A DNA stretch of 64,000 nucleotides, from positions 1 to 64,000 of IMG/VR virus record IMGVR_UViG_3300028384_000991. One strand, written 5' to 3'. This DNA comes from a virus. The position numbers and the translations under genes were made by a program. Positions 16,186 through 27,200 of the stretch are shown here, piece after piece; the stretch's first letter is position 1; each line of letters starts with the position of its first letter. Below the pieces are notes generated by a model. It saw only the letters and a program-made list of their open reading frames with translations, had not been told where the DNA came from and did no database searches.

Positions 16186-18798
16186 ATGGCCAAACCATTA
16201 GCACCCCCAGGAAAAAGTCCAACAGATCTAATGAAAGACTTTGTTAATGAAAACAAAGATGCCCTAAATGCTGATGCTAATCAATTTACTGATGGTGATT
16301 ATGGTCCAGGAACACCAGATAGTCCAGACATTGATACCAATGCATCGTCCACTGACACTACAGTTAATAAAGAAAAGGCAACAGACGCACCAGAAGAAAA
16401 AGCAGTACCCAGTGAGACAAAACAAACTGTTGTTGAAAAGGTAACAATTGATCCTCAAAAGACAGCATACACAGCAGATGGTAGAGTTTTACAATTACCT
16501 TTGCCTAATTCGCTAAGACAGTTTGCAAGTTACAATTACATTATTGGAATGTATGCACTTACAAACGAAGAGATAAACAATCCAGATGCAACTTATAAAA
16601 TTAAAAAACCAGAAATTGCAATTATGCAAAGCGGCGGTGGCTTAGGAAATTCAAAAGTTTTAACAGCATATGAAAGCAGTGGTAGGAAGATTGAATTTTT
16701 CTGCAACAGTTTAGAAATTGAAAGTATTATTTCACCAAGTAGAAAAAAAGGCACAACTAATGCTGTAGGATTTCGTTTAGAAATTTTAGAGCCTTACAGT
16801 ATGGGATTATTTTTACAAACACTGCAAATGGCGGCATATCAAGCAGGACATCAAAACTATACTGAAAGTCCTTTTTTGTTAACTTTGGATTTTGTTGGTT
16901 ATGATCAAGATGGTAATGCAATCAATGTTCCACAGGCATCAAAAAAATTACCTTTCAAACTTGTAGGCAGTGATCTCGAAGTTACTAATGGCGGCAGTTC
17001 TTATGTTGTAGAGGGAGTTGCATACAATGAAGGCGCATTAAAAGATGCTACTCAAAGCATTCCTGTAGACGTAACTTTGACAGGTAGAACACTTGAAGAT
17101 CTATTACAAAGTAGTCCAAAAAGTTTAGCAAATGAATTAAACAAATATTTTGCTAAAAAAGCCATTGACGGTACAATTAGCACAGCAGATCAATACTTTA
17201 TAGTATTTCCTAAGTCTCGTGCTACCAAAGGCAATCTTTCGGGTGTTACCAGTGACGGCGGAAACAGTGCAACCACTGCACAAAACAATGCCGCACCGAG
17301 TGTATCTGTAAGCAGTCAGAAGTCAACACGCAACACAGTTAGCAGTGAAAAGATTCAAGAAATATACAAAAAATTAAAAGACGGTGATATACCTGAAGAA
17401 GAGTTTGAATCATATATTGAAAACCTAACCACAATGGTATCAACAACTTCGTTAGGACAAGAGATAACAGACAAACAAACAGGTAAAGAAAATGCCAACG
17501 AAATTGGTACATCGGAAATGTTTAACCTTGAAGAACTTGGTTCAACACAACAACCATTTGGTGACGCAAGTTTTACTTGGAATAAAGATTTAAATGTTTG
17601 GGCCAGAGATGGCGGACAAATGCAAATTGCACCAGGACTTGGAGAAATCAAGTTTGCACAAGGAACACGCATTCAAGATATTATTGAAGAACTTATTATT
17701 ATTAGTTCTTATGGTAGAAATGTTATTAGTGCACCGAGTGATGGAACAGGATTCAAAGACTGGTTTAAAATTGACACACAGGTGTTTAACATAACAGACC
17801 CTACAACAGAAAAGAAAACAGGTCAGCCTCCAAGAATTTATGTGTTTAGAATTTTACCATACAAGGTACACGAGGCTAAGTTTTTATCACCTGATAAAAT
17901 TCCTTACGGTATTGCCGCATTGAAAAAACAAGTGTGTAAAGAATACAACTACATCTACAGTGGTAGGAACGAAGACATTATTAACTTCAACATTAACTTA
18001 GACAATACGTTCTTTAAAAGCATGAGTCCGGGTGTTTTACCAAGACTTAATGTTGAAGAAGCAGGTAAAGAAGGTGAAAACCCAGAACAGCATATTGAAC
18101 AAACACCTGCAGACAACGATCAAGCAATTAGCGGTAAGTCTGCTCCTGTGTTAGAAAACAAAAGTATTGCCGCAGGTGCAGTTAATGTTGATGATATGCG
18201 AGTAGAAATAGCACGTAGATTCAACGACGCTATTGTAAACTCAGATGCTGACTTGTTATCTGTTGAAATGGAAATTTGGGGAGATCCTTATTATCTTTCA
18301 GACAGCGGAATCGGAAACTACAATTCTGAGAACACAGAACTTATAAACATTGATGCAGACGGAAACGTTGACTATCAATATGGCGAAGTGGATATTGTTA
18401 TTAATTTTAGAACACCGGTTGATTACAAAGAAAACGGAATGATGGGATTCCCAGATGAAACAGTTTCAGTTGATGCATTTAGCGGATTGTATATGGTGAC
18501 CACAGTCAAGAATTTAATAGCAGATGGTCAGTTCAAGCAAACACTTGAATGTATACGTAGAAGCAATCAGTATCCTAAGAAACCTACTTCACAGGATACA
18601 GAGAGCAAAGGTAATCAGGAAATTCGACCTAAACTTACTGGCAGTGCAATCAAGGATATACAAAAAGCACAGTTGGCTGAAGAAGTGGGCGAAGATGGAG
18701 AAAATGCAGACTTGATTATTGCAAGTCAAAACAATCAAAGAATATTAAACGCTGAAGCCGCGGCACAGGGCCAAGGCGCTTTGAATAGTACAACGTAG
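16186..18798 (+). CDS. Baseplate hub protein (gp27/gpD-like), extended
   Basis: Between the LysM and spike genes; C-terminal EIWGDPYY and FSGLYMVTTVKNLIADGQFKQTLECIR motifs. Confidence 0.6.
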   Translation: MAKPLAPPGKSPTDLMKDFVNENKDALNADANQFTDGDYGPGTPDSPDIDTNASSTDTTVNKEKATDAPEEKAVPSETKQTVVEKVTIDPQKTAYTADGRVLQLPLPNSLRQFASYNYIIGMYALTNEEINNPDATYKIKKPEIAIMQSGGGLGNSKVLTAYESSGRKIEFFCNSLEIESIISPSRKKGTTNAVGFRLEILEPYSMGLFLQTLQMAAYQAGHQNYTESPFLLTLDFVGYDQDGNAINVPQASKKLPFKLVGSDLEVTNGGSSYVVEGVAYNEGALKDATQSIPVDVTLTGRTLEDLLQSSPKSLANELNKYFAKKAIDGTISTADQYFIVFPKSRATKGNLSGVTSDGGNSATTAQNNAAPSVSVSSQKSTRNTVSSEKIQEIYKKLKDGDIPEEEFESYIENLTTMVSTTSLGQEITDKQTGKENANEIGTSEMFNLEELGSTQQPFGDASFTWNKDLNVWARDGGQMQIAPGLGEIKFAQGTRIQDIIEELIIISSYGRNVISAPSDGTGFKDWFKIDTQVFNITDPTTEKKTGQPPRIYVFRILPYKVHEAKFLSPDKIPYGIAALKKQVCKEYNYIYSGRNEDIINFNINLDNTFFKSMSPGVLPRLNVEEAGKEGENPEQHIEQTPADNDQAISGKSAPVLENKSIAAGAVNVDDMRVEIARRFNDAIVNSDADLLSVEMEIWGDPYYLSDSGIGNYNSENTELINIDADGNVDYQYGEVDIVINFRTPVDYKENGMMGFPDETVSVDAFSGLYMVTTVKNLIADGQFKQTLECIRRSNQYPKKPTSQDTESKGNQEIRPKLTGSAIKDIQKAQLAEEVGEDGENADLIIASQNNQRILNAEAAAQGQGALNSTT

Positions 18799-18806
18799 GA
18801 AATAGA

Positions 18807-20282
18807 ATGGCACAAGAAACACGTACCGCAGGCAATGAACCTAAATATTTTCCCGGGCCGTATATCGGCAGGGTAGTAGGCCACCTTGATCCTAACTACA
18901 TGGGTGCTATTGAAGTTGAGTTAATCAAACTAAGCACAAGCAGTAACCAAGGACTTGACGGACAAACAGTAAAAGTAAAATACGGTGGACCGTTTGTAGG
19001 ACAAACTCCTGCAACAGGACTTACTAAAAATCAAGGACACAAATACACACAACAAGCATATGGCTTTTGGATGACTCCTCCAGACATTGGCACTCGAGTC
19101 ATTGTGGTGTTTATTGAAGGACAAGTTAATATGGGATTCTGGATTGGTTGTATTCAGGACAACTATATTAACTTCTCAATGCCTGACAGGGTAGCAACAA
19201 CACACTACACTGGTTCTCCTCAAACCAAAGGCAGTGTAGACAGTGTTTTCTACACAGGCAAAGCAGTTGTTGGCGAAATAAACAAAAAGAATCTTGAAGA
19301 TAACAAAGGCAACGATCCTACTAAGTTTAAAAAACCCATCAATGAAGACTGGATGGAAATATTAGGCCAACAAGGATTAGCCAGTGATGGTGTGCGTGGA
19401 CTGAGTACTGCAAGTGCAAGGCGTGAAGTGCCAAGCATGGTATTTGGTATCTCAACTCCAGGACCTTACGATAAAAGACCAGGCTATCAAAAAGCCAAGT
19501 ACGGTAGTGCAGGAACACAAGCGGATATTCCATTCGGCCGCCTCGGCGGAACGCATTTTGTAATGGATGACGGTGACGACAAATTTTTACGCAAAGGTTT
19601 TGCCACAAACACTAAAAAAGAATATGCAAATGTAGGTAAAGGTGATACATCTGGACGTGCAGATTTACCAGCAAATGAATTGATGCGTATTAGAACACGT
19701 ACAGGACATCAAATACTTTTTCATAACACAGAAGATCTTGTGCGTATAGATCATGGTAGTGGTAATTCGTGGATTGAAATGAGTGCTAATGGTAAAATTG
19801 ATGTGTACGCAAAAGACTCAATCAGTATGCACACTGAGAACGATCTAAACATTACTGCTGACAGAGATATTAATTTACAGGCAGGCAGAAACACAAACGT
19901 TCTCAGCAAAGACAGTGTTCAAATTGAAACTGAAAGAAATATCAATACACTTTCAGGATTGAATACTGTGATTACAAGTTTAGGCAGTTCAAACATCAAC
20001 AGTGCATTAGGACATTTTGAAACAGCACTTGTGATTCACATGAACGGCCCAACCGCTTTAGCCGCAACTCCGTTGTCCACTCACGTGGTTCCCGGCGCTA
20101 CCGCTACCGCTATCGCGTCCTTACACAAACGCTTACCACAGCATGAGCCGTGGGGACACCACGAAAACGTGGATCCAGCACAGTATTCACCTGAGCAAAC
20201 AGATAGAACAAATGATGTTGAGATTCCATCTGCTCCGGACATAGATACAATACCAGATACATTTAAGAAAGACGGTGCGTAA
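18807..20282 (+). CDS. gp5: Baseplate central spike (gp5/VgrG-like) without a lysozyme domain
   Basis: OB-fold start (DPNYMGAIEV..PPDIGTRVIVVF..GFWIG), RTRTGHQI, SWIEMSANGKIDVY, beta-helix repeats. Confidence 0.8.
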   Translation: MAQETRTAGNEPKYFPGPYIGRVVGHLDPNYMGAIEVELIKLSTSSNQGLDGQTVKVKYGGPFVGQTPATGLTKNQGHKYTQQAYGFWMTPPDIGTRVIVVFIEGQVNMGFWIGCIQDNYINFSMPDRVATTHYTGSPQTKGSVDSVFYTGKAVVGEINKKNLEDNKGNDPTKFKKPINEDWMEILGQQGLASDGVRGLSTASARREVPSMVFGISTPGPYDKRPGYQKAKYGSAGTQADIPFGRLGGTHFVMDDGDDKFLRKGFATNTKKEYANVGKGDTSGRADLPANELMRIRTRTGHQILFHNTEDLVRIDHGSGNSWIEMSANGKIDVYAKDSISMHTENDLNITADRDINLQAGRNTNVLSKDSVQIETERNINTLSGLNTVITSLGSSNINSALGHFETALVIHMNGPTALAATPLSTHVVPGATATAIASLHKRLPQHEPWGHHENVDPAQYSPEQTDRTNDVEIPSAPDIDTIPDTFKKDGA

Positions 20283-20289
20283 AAGCACA

Positions 20290-20295
20290 TAAATA
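20290..20295 (+). promoter_or_regulatory. Late promoter TAAATA, 5 nt before the gp25 ATG
   Basis: TAAATA ttgat ATG; no SD. Confidence 0.6.
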
Positions 20296-20300
20296 TTGAT

Positions 20301-20747
20301 ATGAGTAGTTTAGAAAAAGACACAATTAAGAATGTAAAAGTAAAGGAAAATCTAAAGCAAAAGCCTGTTGTAAAACAACAAACTTACAGAGGTTTAAGCA
20401 CAGTTAATCCTGATAACTTATCTTATACACTGTACGACATAGGCTTGATCAAACAAGACCTACTAAACCATTTTCATATTAGACAAGGAGAAAAATTAGA
20501 AAATCCTGAATTTGGAACAATTATTTGGGACGTTTTATTTGAACCGTTAACAGAAACACTAAAAGAAGCAATAGCAGACAATGTTTCAACAATTATTAAC
20601 AGTGATCCAAGGATTAATGCAAACAGAGTAATTGTTGATCAGTATGAAAGTGGGATCCAAATTGAGTGTGAACTACAATACCTACCTTATAACATCTCTG
20701 AGCAAATGAAATTGCAGTTTGATCAGAAGAATGGCTTCTTAGATTAA
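20301..20747 (+). CDS. gp25: Baseplate wedge/sheath initiator (gp25-like)
   Basis: IKQDLLNHFHIRQGEKLENPEFGTIIWDVLFEP, DPRI. Confidence 0.9.
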   Translation: MSSLEKDTIKNVKVKENLKQKPVVKQQTYRGLSTVNPDNLSYTLYDIGLIKQDLLNHFHIRQGEKLENPEFGTIIWDVLFEPLTETLKEAIADNVSTIINSDPRINANRVIVDQYESGIQIECELQYLPYNISEQMKLQFDQKNGFLD

Positions 20748-20749
20748 AG

Positions 20750-20783
20750 AATTAAGTACTCAGTTAATCGAATCAAATAAATA
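20750..20783 (+). promoter_or_regulatory. AATTAAGTACTCA (20750-20762) plus TAAATA (20778-20783) upstream of gp6
   Basis: Same motif and spacing as 5589/5617. Confidence 0.55.
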
Positions 20784-20803
20784 CTTTATAACGAGGAAAG
20801 CGG

Positions 20804-23800
20804 ATGTCAACAACAGATAGACAGAACAGATTATTACTTGCAGAAGATTGGAAGCGAGTATATCAAACATTTAAAAACGCAGACTTTAAGTCGTATGATT
20901 TTGATAGTCTACGTCGAACAATGATCTCCTATCTGCGTGAAAATTATCCAGAAGATTTCAACGATTATATTGAAAGTTCAGAGTACCTTGCACTTATTGA
21001 TTTAATTGCATACTTAGGTCAAAACCTTGCTTTCCGTGTAGACCTAAATGCTCGTGAAAATTACTTAGAACTTGCAGAGCGTAGAGAAAGTGTATTGCGT
21101 TTAGCAAGACTGCTTTCTTACAATCCAAAACGTAATCAAACAGCAAACGGTTTGTTAAAGTTTGAAAGTGTACAAACGTCAGAAGATATTACAGATAGCA
21201 ACGGAGTAAATCTTTCAAATCAAACAATTATTTGGAACGATCCAAGTAATCCAGATTGGTCAGAGCAGTTCCGCAAAGTTTTGAATGCGGCATTACCTGA
21301 AAATGCTATCGTTGGTCGCCCAATTAAAAAAGAAACAATTAACGGTATTACAACAGAACAGTATCGTTATAATGCTACAAATGCAAACTTGCCAGTTTAT
21401 AGTTTTAACAAAAATGTTGGCGAGAAAAATATGGTGTTTGAAGTTACATCTGCAGGTATTACACCAGACAAAATTTACGAAGAAACACCTTTACCTGGTA
21501 ACAGTTTAGCATTCTTATATAGAGAAGATGGCAAAGGCGCTGGTAGTTCTAATACAGGATACTTCTTCCATTTTAGACAAGGTGTTTTAGACAACGGAAC
21601 ATTTACAATTGATACACCTACCACAAACCAAACAGTTGCAATTGATGCAACTAATATTAATAACAGTGATGTTTGGCTTTATAAATTAGATTCAAATGGT
21701 AACGAAGAATCGCAATGGACGAAGGTTGATGCAATTGAAGGTAACAATGTAATTTACAATAGCCTTAGCAAAAGCCAAAGAGATATCTATACTGTACTAA
21801 CACGTATTGAAGATAGAATTAGTTTATTATTTGCAGACGGAACATTTGGTAATTTACCTAAAGGAAGATTTAGAGTTTACTACAGAAAATCTATTGGTAG
21901 AAGATTTGCAATTCAACCAGAAGAATTAACGAATATTTCTATTACTGTTCCTTATGAAAGTAGAGCAGGCAGTAGCGAAACTATTACCATTACTGCTTCA
22001 TTAAAATATACAGTTGATAATGCAAGTGCTACAGAAACAAACACAAGTATTAAAACAAATGCACCGTCAACATTTTATACACAAAATAGAATGATTACAG
22101 GTGAAGATTATCAAGTAGCACCGAGATCAATCAGCCAAGAAATTATTAAAAGTAAAAGTATTAATAGAACATCAAGTGGTATTAGTAGATATTTTGACTT
22201 GATTGATTCTACAGGAAAATATTCAAGCACAAACATCTATGGAGATGACGGTGCAATTTATAGAGAAGTATTTGACAAAAAAATTAACTTTTCATTTGTA
22301 ACAAGAACAGATGTTGAAGGTGCTATTGAAAATACTGTACAACCTATTTTAAGAAATATTCTTATTAAGAATTTTTATCTTAGCGAGTTTCCAAAAACAG
22401 CGGCAGATGATTTAGGAGCAACGTGGACACAGGTTGCAAGACAGACTAATAATTCAAGTGGTTACTTAGAAGACACAAATAATATTAAATTAACTACAGG
22501 AACATTTACAGGTAGTACACTGAGATATTTAGAACCAGGTGCCCTTATTAAATTTATTGCTCCTGCTGGTAAACATTTTATGACCAACGATTATAATAAG
22601 TTGATGGACGGTCCTGCGGATCATCCAAATGCTACAACTTTTATTTGGACAAAAGTAGTTCAAGTTAACAGTGACGGTACTGAGAATTATGAAGATGGTC
22701 AAGGTCCGATTATTTTTAATGATGTTATCCCAACAGGTGCATTGTTAAATGAAATCAAACCTAAGTTTGCAACAGCACTTACAGATGATGTAATTTCACA
22801 AATGATTGACCAAATTTTTGCGTATAAAACATTTGGTTTACGTTACAGTCTTGCAGATCGAGAATGGAGAGTTATTTTAAACAGCAACCTAAGTATTGGT
22901 AATGCATTTAACACAGGTAGAACTGGTGATTCATCTAATCAAAACTTAGATTCAAGTTGGCTATTATTGTTTGAAACAGATGGCGAGAAATATACAATTA
23001 CATATAGAGGTGTAAGATATATTTTTGAAAGCGACAAAGAAGTAAGATTTTACTATGACGAAACAGATCAAATCTATGACAGTAGATCTGGTAAAATAAT
23101 TACTGATAAAATAAACCTATTGTCTATTAATAAAAAGCCTGGTAGTACAGAAGCATTTACAATTGACTATCCTTGGCAAATTACAAAAGAATATAGAGAT
23201 GAAGAAGGTTATGTAAACAGTAAGAAAGTTGAAATAAGTTTCTTTGACAGTGATGCTGACGGAGTTATTGATAATCCAGATTCATTTTTAAATTTTGTTG
23301 CACCCGATGTTGATCCGTTAACCAAATGGGTGTTTTTAAAAGAAGAAATTACAAACAATCAGTCAACTAATTTTAATTATGTAGATCCAGCAGTAGAAAA
23401 TATTAAAGTTTACGAATTTGAAGCATCAACCGGTCCACTATCAACATTTGATGATGGAACAATTTTTTACTTTACAGATGCAGATGTCTTTAAACAATAC
23501 AGTTCTTCTACAGGAGTATTAACATTAATTACAAACTACAGAGCATACAAAGGTAGAGATAAAATTAAATTCCAGTATGTTCATAGTGCAGATGAAAATA
23601 ATAGATTAGATCCAAGCAGTACAAATATAATTGACACTTATCTATTAACATCAACATATGATAGAAGTTTTAGACAATATTTAAATGGTGCTGTAAGCGA
23701 TAAGCCTTTACCTCCAAGTTCAGATGAGTTATTCCAAAACTTTGGATCAAGTATTAATAAGATTAAGAGTATCAGTGACGAAGTAATTTATCATCCTGTA

Positions 23801-24274
23801 AAATATAAAATATTGTTTGGTGACAAAGCAGACACTGATTTACAAGCAACATTTAAAGTAGTAAAAAATTCTGAACAAGTAACAAATGACAATGATATTA
23901 AGTTACGTATTGTTACAGCAATTAATCAATTCTTTAGTTTAGAGTTTTGGGACTTTGGCGATAAGTTTAGTTTTACAGAGTTAGCAACTTTCATTATGAA
24001 TAGTTTAGCACCGGATATTAATACAATAGTGTTAGTACCAAAACAAACTGACAAAGTTTTCGGAAGTTTATATGAAATTACAACCGAAAGTGATGAGATC
24101 TTTATTTCAAGTGCAACAGTAGAAGATGTTGAAATCATAGACAGTATTACAGCATCAAGGCTAAAAGCATCTGGCGCTGTTGTAACAACAGCATCAACGC
24201 AAAATGCTGGTATTACATCAAGTGCTAACACAAGTACAAGTACAAGTTCTAACACTGGAGGAAGTAGTTACTAA
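20804..24274 (+). CDS. gp6: Baseplate wedge subunit (gp6-like), enlarged
   Basis: DFDSLR..YLR..DFNDYIESS, LIDLIAY, ARENYLELAERRESVLRLARLLSYNP, FADGTFG, QNRMITGEDY. Confidence 0.85.
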   Translation: MSTTDRQNRLLLAEDWKRVYQTFKNADFKSYDFDSLRRTMISYLRENYPEDFNDYIESSEYLALIDLIAYLGQNLAFRVDLNARENYLELAERRESVLRLARLLSYNPKRNQTANGLLKFESVQTSEDITDSNGVNLSNQTIIWNDPSNPDWSEQFRKVLNAALPENAIVGRPIKKETINGITTEQYRYNATNANLPVYSFNKNVGEKNMVFEVTSAGITPDKIYEETPLPGNSLAFLYREDGKGAGSSNTGYFFHFRQGVLDNGTFTIDTPTTNQTVAIDATNINNSDVWLYKLDSNGNEESQWTKVDAIEGNNVIYNSLSKSQRDIYTVLTRIEDRISLLFADGTFGNLPKGRFRVYYRKSIGRRFAIQPEELTNISITVPYESRAGSSETITITASLKYTVDNASATETNTSIKTNAPSTFYTQNRMITGEDYQVAPRSISQEIIKSKSINRTSSGISRYFDLIDSTGKYSSTNIYGDDGAIYREVFDKKINFSFVTRTDVEGAIENTVQPILRNILIKNFYLSEFPKTAADDLGATWTQVARQTNNSSGYLEDTNNIKLTTGTFTGSTLRYLEPGALIKFIAPAGKHFMTNDYNKLMDGPADHPNATTFIWTKVVQVNSDGTENYEDGQGPIIFNDVIPTGALLNEIKPKFATALTDDVISQMIDQIFAYKTFGLRYSLADREWRVILNSNLSIGNAFNTGRTGDSSNQNLDSSWLLLFETDGEKYTITYRGVRYIFESDKEVRFYYDETDQIYDSRSGKIITDKINLLSINKKPGSTEAFTIDYPWQITKEYRDEEGYVNSKKVEISFFDSDADGVIDNPDSFLNFVAPDVDPLTKWVFLKEEITNNQSTNFNYVDPAVENIKVYEFEASTGPLSTFDDGTIFYFTDADVFKQYSSSTGVLTLITNYRAYKGRDKIKFQYVHSADENNRLDPSSTNIIDTYLLTSTYDRSFRQYLNGAVSDKPLPPSSDELFQNFGSSINKIKSISDEVIYHPVKYKILFGDKADTDLQATFKVVKNSEQVTNDNDIKLRIVTAINQFFSLEFWDFGDKFSFTELATFIMNSLAPDINTIVLVPKQTDKVFGSLYEITTESDEIFISSATVEDVEIIDSITASRLKASGAVVTTASTQNAGITSSANTSTSTSSNTGGSSY

Positions 24275-27200
24275 TGGCATATGATAACGATCAAAACGAG
24301 TTTCCGATTAGTCCAGATGGTGAAAATGAAAAAAGAACCAGTCTAAGCCACCTACCTCGTTATTTTAGAACTCCAGCAAATAAAAAGTTTTTAACAAGCA
24401 CACTTGACCAATTAACACAGCCAGGTGTAGTTGAAAAACTTAATTCCTATTATGGTAGAAAAGATGCGAAAGCATTTACACAAGACGACAACTATGTAGG
24501 TGATGTTTCAAAACAAAGAGAAGATTATCAATTAGAACCAGCAGTGGTTTTAAAAGATAATGTAGATAATGTAAATTTCTACAAGGACTATAACGACTAC
24601 ATTAATCAGTTACGTTCTTTTGGTAACAATAACAAAGATCATAGCAAGATTAATGCACAAGAATATTATGCATGGAATCCGCATATTGATTGGGACAAGT
24701 TTGTTAACTTTAGAGAATATTATTGGTTACCAAGCGGCCCGCAGGTATTACCTATCTATGGACAAAACAAAGAGATAGTTTCTACTTTTAAAGTATCATT
24801 GGAGGAGAATGATGACAACGTAGTTTACAAATTTACCCCAACAGGTTTAACACAAAATCCTACTTTAAAACTTTACAAAGGTCAAACTTACATTTTTGAA
24901 GTTGATTGTCCGGGACATCCTATAGCATTCGCAACTAATAGAGCCTTTACTCCGGGACAAGCAATTATTACCGAAACAGTAGAAGGTGTGTTGGCACCTG
25001 GTAAGTTTGAAGCAGAACTTTTTGACAGCGACGGCTATGATACTGGCGAATACATAGTAGAACCAGTTGAAGGCGGAATTACAGGATGGACAGAAGGCGA
25101 TAACGTTTCTACACTTTATACAGATGGCGTAGAATCAGCAACAGTGTTTGTTGAGAAAGGAACACTTAAATTTACGGTGCCTTTAGACGCACCAGATAGG
25201 TTATTCTATATTAGTAAAAATGATGTTAATACAAGTGGTACTATATTAATGTATAACATCTTAGAAAATACAGAAATTAATGTAGAAGAAGAAATACTTC
25301 AAAAGAAAACATACACAACAAGAACAGATGTTGATTTATCAAACGGTATGCTTGTTGAATTTCTTGGTGATGTAACTCCTGCAAAATACGGCGAAGGTAC
25401 CTGGTATGTAGAAGGCGTAGGAGATAGTATCAAACTTATTAATAAAAATGATTTAGAAATCACAGGTGCTTACAGTTCTAATTTGTTTGTACCTTTTGAT
25501 ACAGAAAATTTTGACAAACTTCCGTTTGGTCAAGCACTAAATTATCCTAAGGAACAAGATTATATTACAATCAATCGTGCGGCAATTGACGGTAACCAAT
25601 GGTCGAGACACAATAGATGGTTCCATAGAGATGTTATTGAAAAAGTTGCAAAAGCAAACGGTACAGAAGTTGATATTGATCAATCACAACGTGCTAAAAG
25701 ACCTATTATTGAATTTGACCCAGGATTAAGATTATACAATTATGGATCTAAGTTTAAATCAAATGTTGATTTAATTGATGATAAAACTAATGATGTGTTT
25801 TCGATCATTGAAGGCTCTATCGGTTACAACGTTGATGGAGTTGATTTAATTGAAGGTCAACGAGTATTGTTTACAGCAGATCCTGATATCAGAGTAAATG
25901 GTAGAATCTATAAAGTCAAGTTTATTAATCATCTTGGTACAAGACAAATTGCATTACAGGAAGAAACAGATACAGATCCTCAAACAAACGAAACTGTATT
26001 AGTACAGAACGGTACAGAAAATCAAGGTAAAATTTATTGGTATAATGGTACTAAGTGGATCAAAGCACAAGATAAATTAACTTCAAATCAAGCACCGTTA
26101 TTTGATTTGTATGATGACAGCGATACTACGTTTTCAACATACGAAAGCAATACTTTTACAGGAACAAAATTATTTTCATATAAAGAAGGTAATGGTGCAA
26201 ATGACTCGGTACTTGGGTTTCCATTAACTTATAGAAATATCGAAAACAGTGGTGATATTGTTTTTAGTTTCGATTTACTTAATAATGAATTTACATATCA
26301 AGTTGGACAAGTTAGTTATACGCAAAAAACTGATGTTGCAACATTAAGAAAATATACTGATCTAAATGCATACGAAAATGTAAGTGGCTGGAAAAAAGCG
26401 GCAACAGATAGTAAACAAAAAGTTATACGTCAGTATGTAGTTGAAGGACAAAAGAATAATTTTGCAGTTGATGTTTATAATAGAAGCGGTGATCTAAATG
26501 AGTTAGACGTCAAAGTTTTTGTAAACAACGAACGCAGAACTGATTGGGAAATTAATAGAGAAAACGGAATAGCATACATTACGTTTACTAAAAATTTAAC
26601 AAACGGTGATAATATTATTTTACACTGTACAAGCGAAGCAGATAAAAACGATAATGGACATTATGCATTTCCTATTAACTTACAAAATAATCCATTGAAT
26701 GATAATATAGTTGATTTTACATATGGCGAAGTTGCTGATCATGTAACAACTATTATTGAAAATGTTGAAGGATTTACAGGAAACTATCCAGGAAGTAGTA
26801 ATTTACGAAACTTAGGACAGTTATCTGAGTACGGTACAAAATTTGTACAACACAGTGGTCCTGTATCTCTTGCAAGTTATCATATCACAAACAAAAATTA
26901 TAACATTGTAAAATCGCTAAGATTTGCAAGAAAAGAATATGCAAAATTTAAAAGATCGTTTATTTCAATTGCCAGTGAATTAGGCATTGACGGTAATGCA
27001 AGATTCCTTACTGATAAAATTATTGAAAAGTTTAAGTCAGAGAAATCTAAACAAACAGCATTTTATTGGACTGATATGATTGGCAGTGGTGCAAGTACCA
27101 AGCGTTCATTTACAGTTGTTGACACAGGAAATAAATTTTACAGTTTAACAAATCCTTTTAATTTAAATGATGTTTCTGCAAAAGCAGTATATGTTTATGT

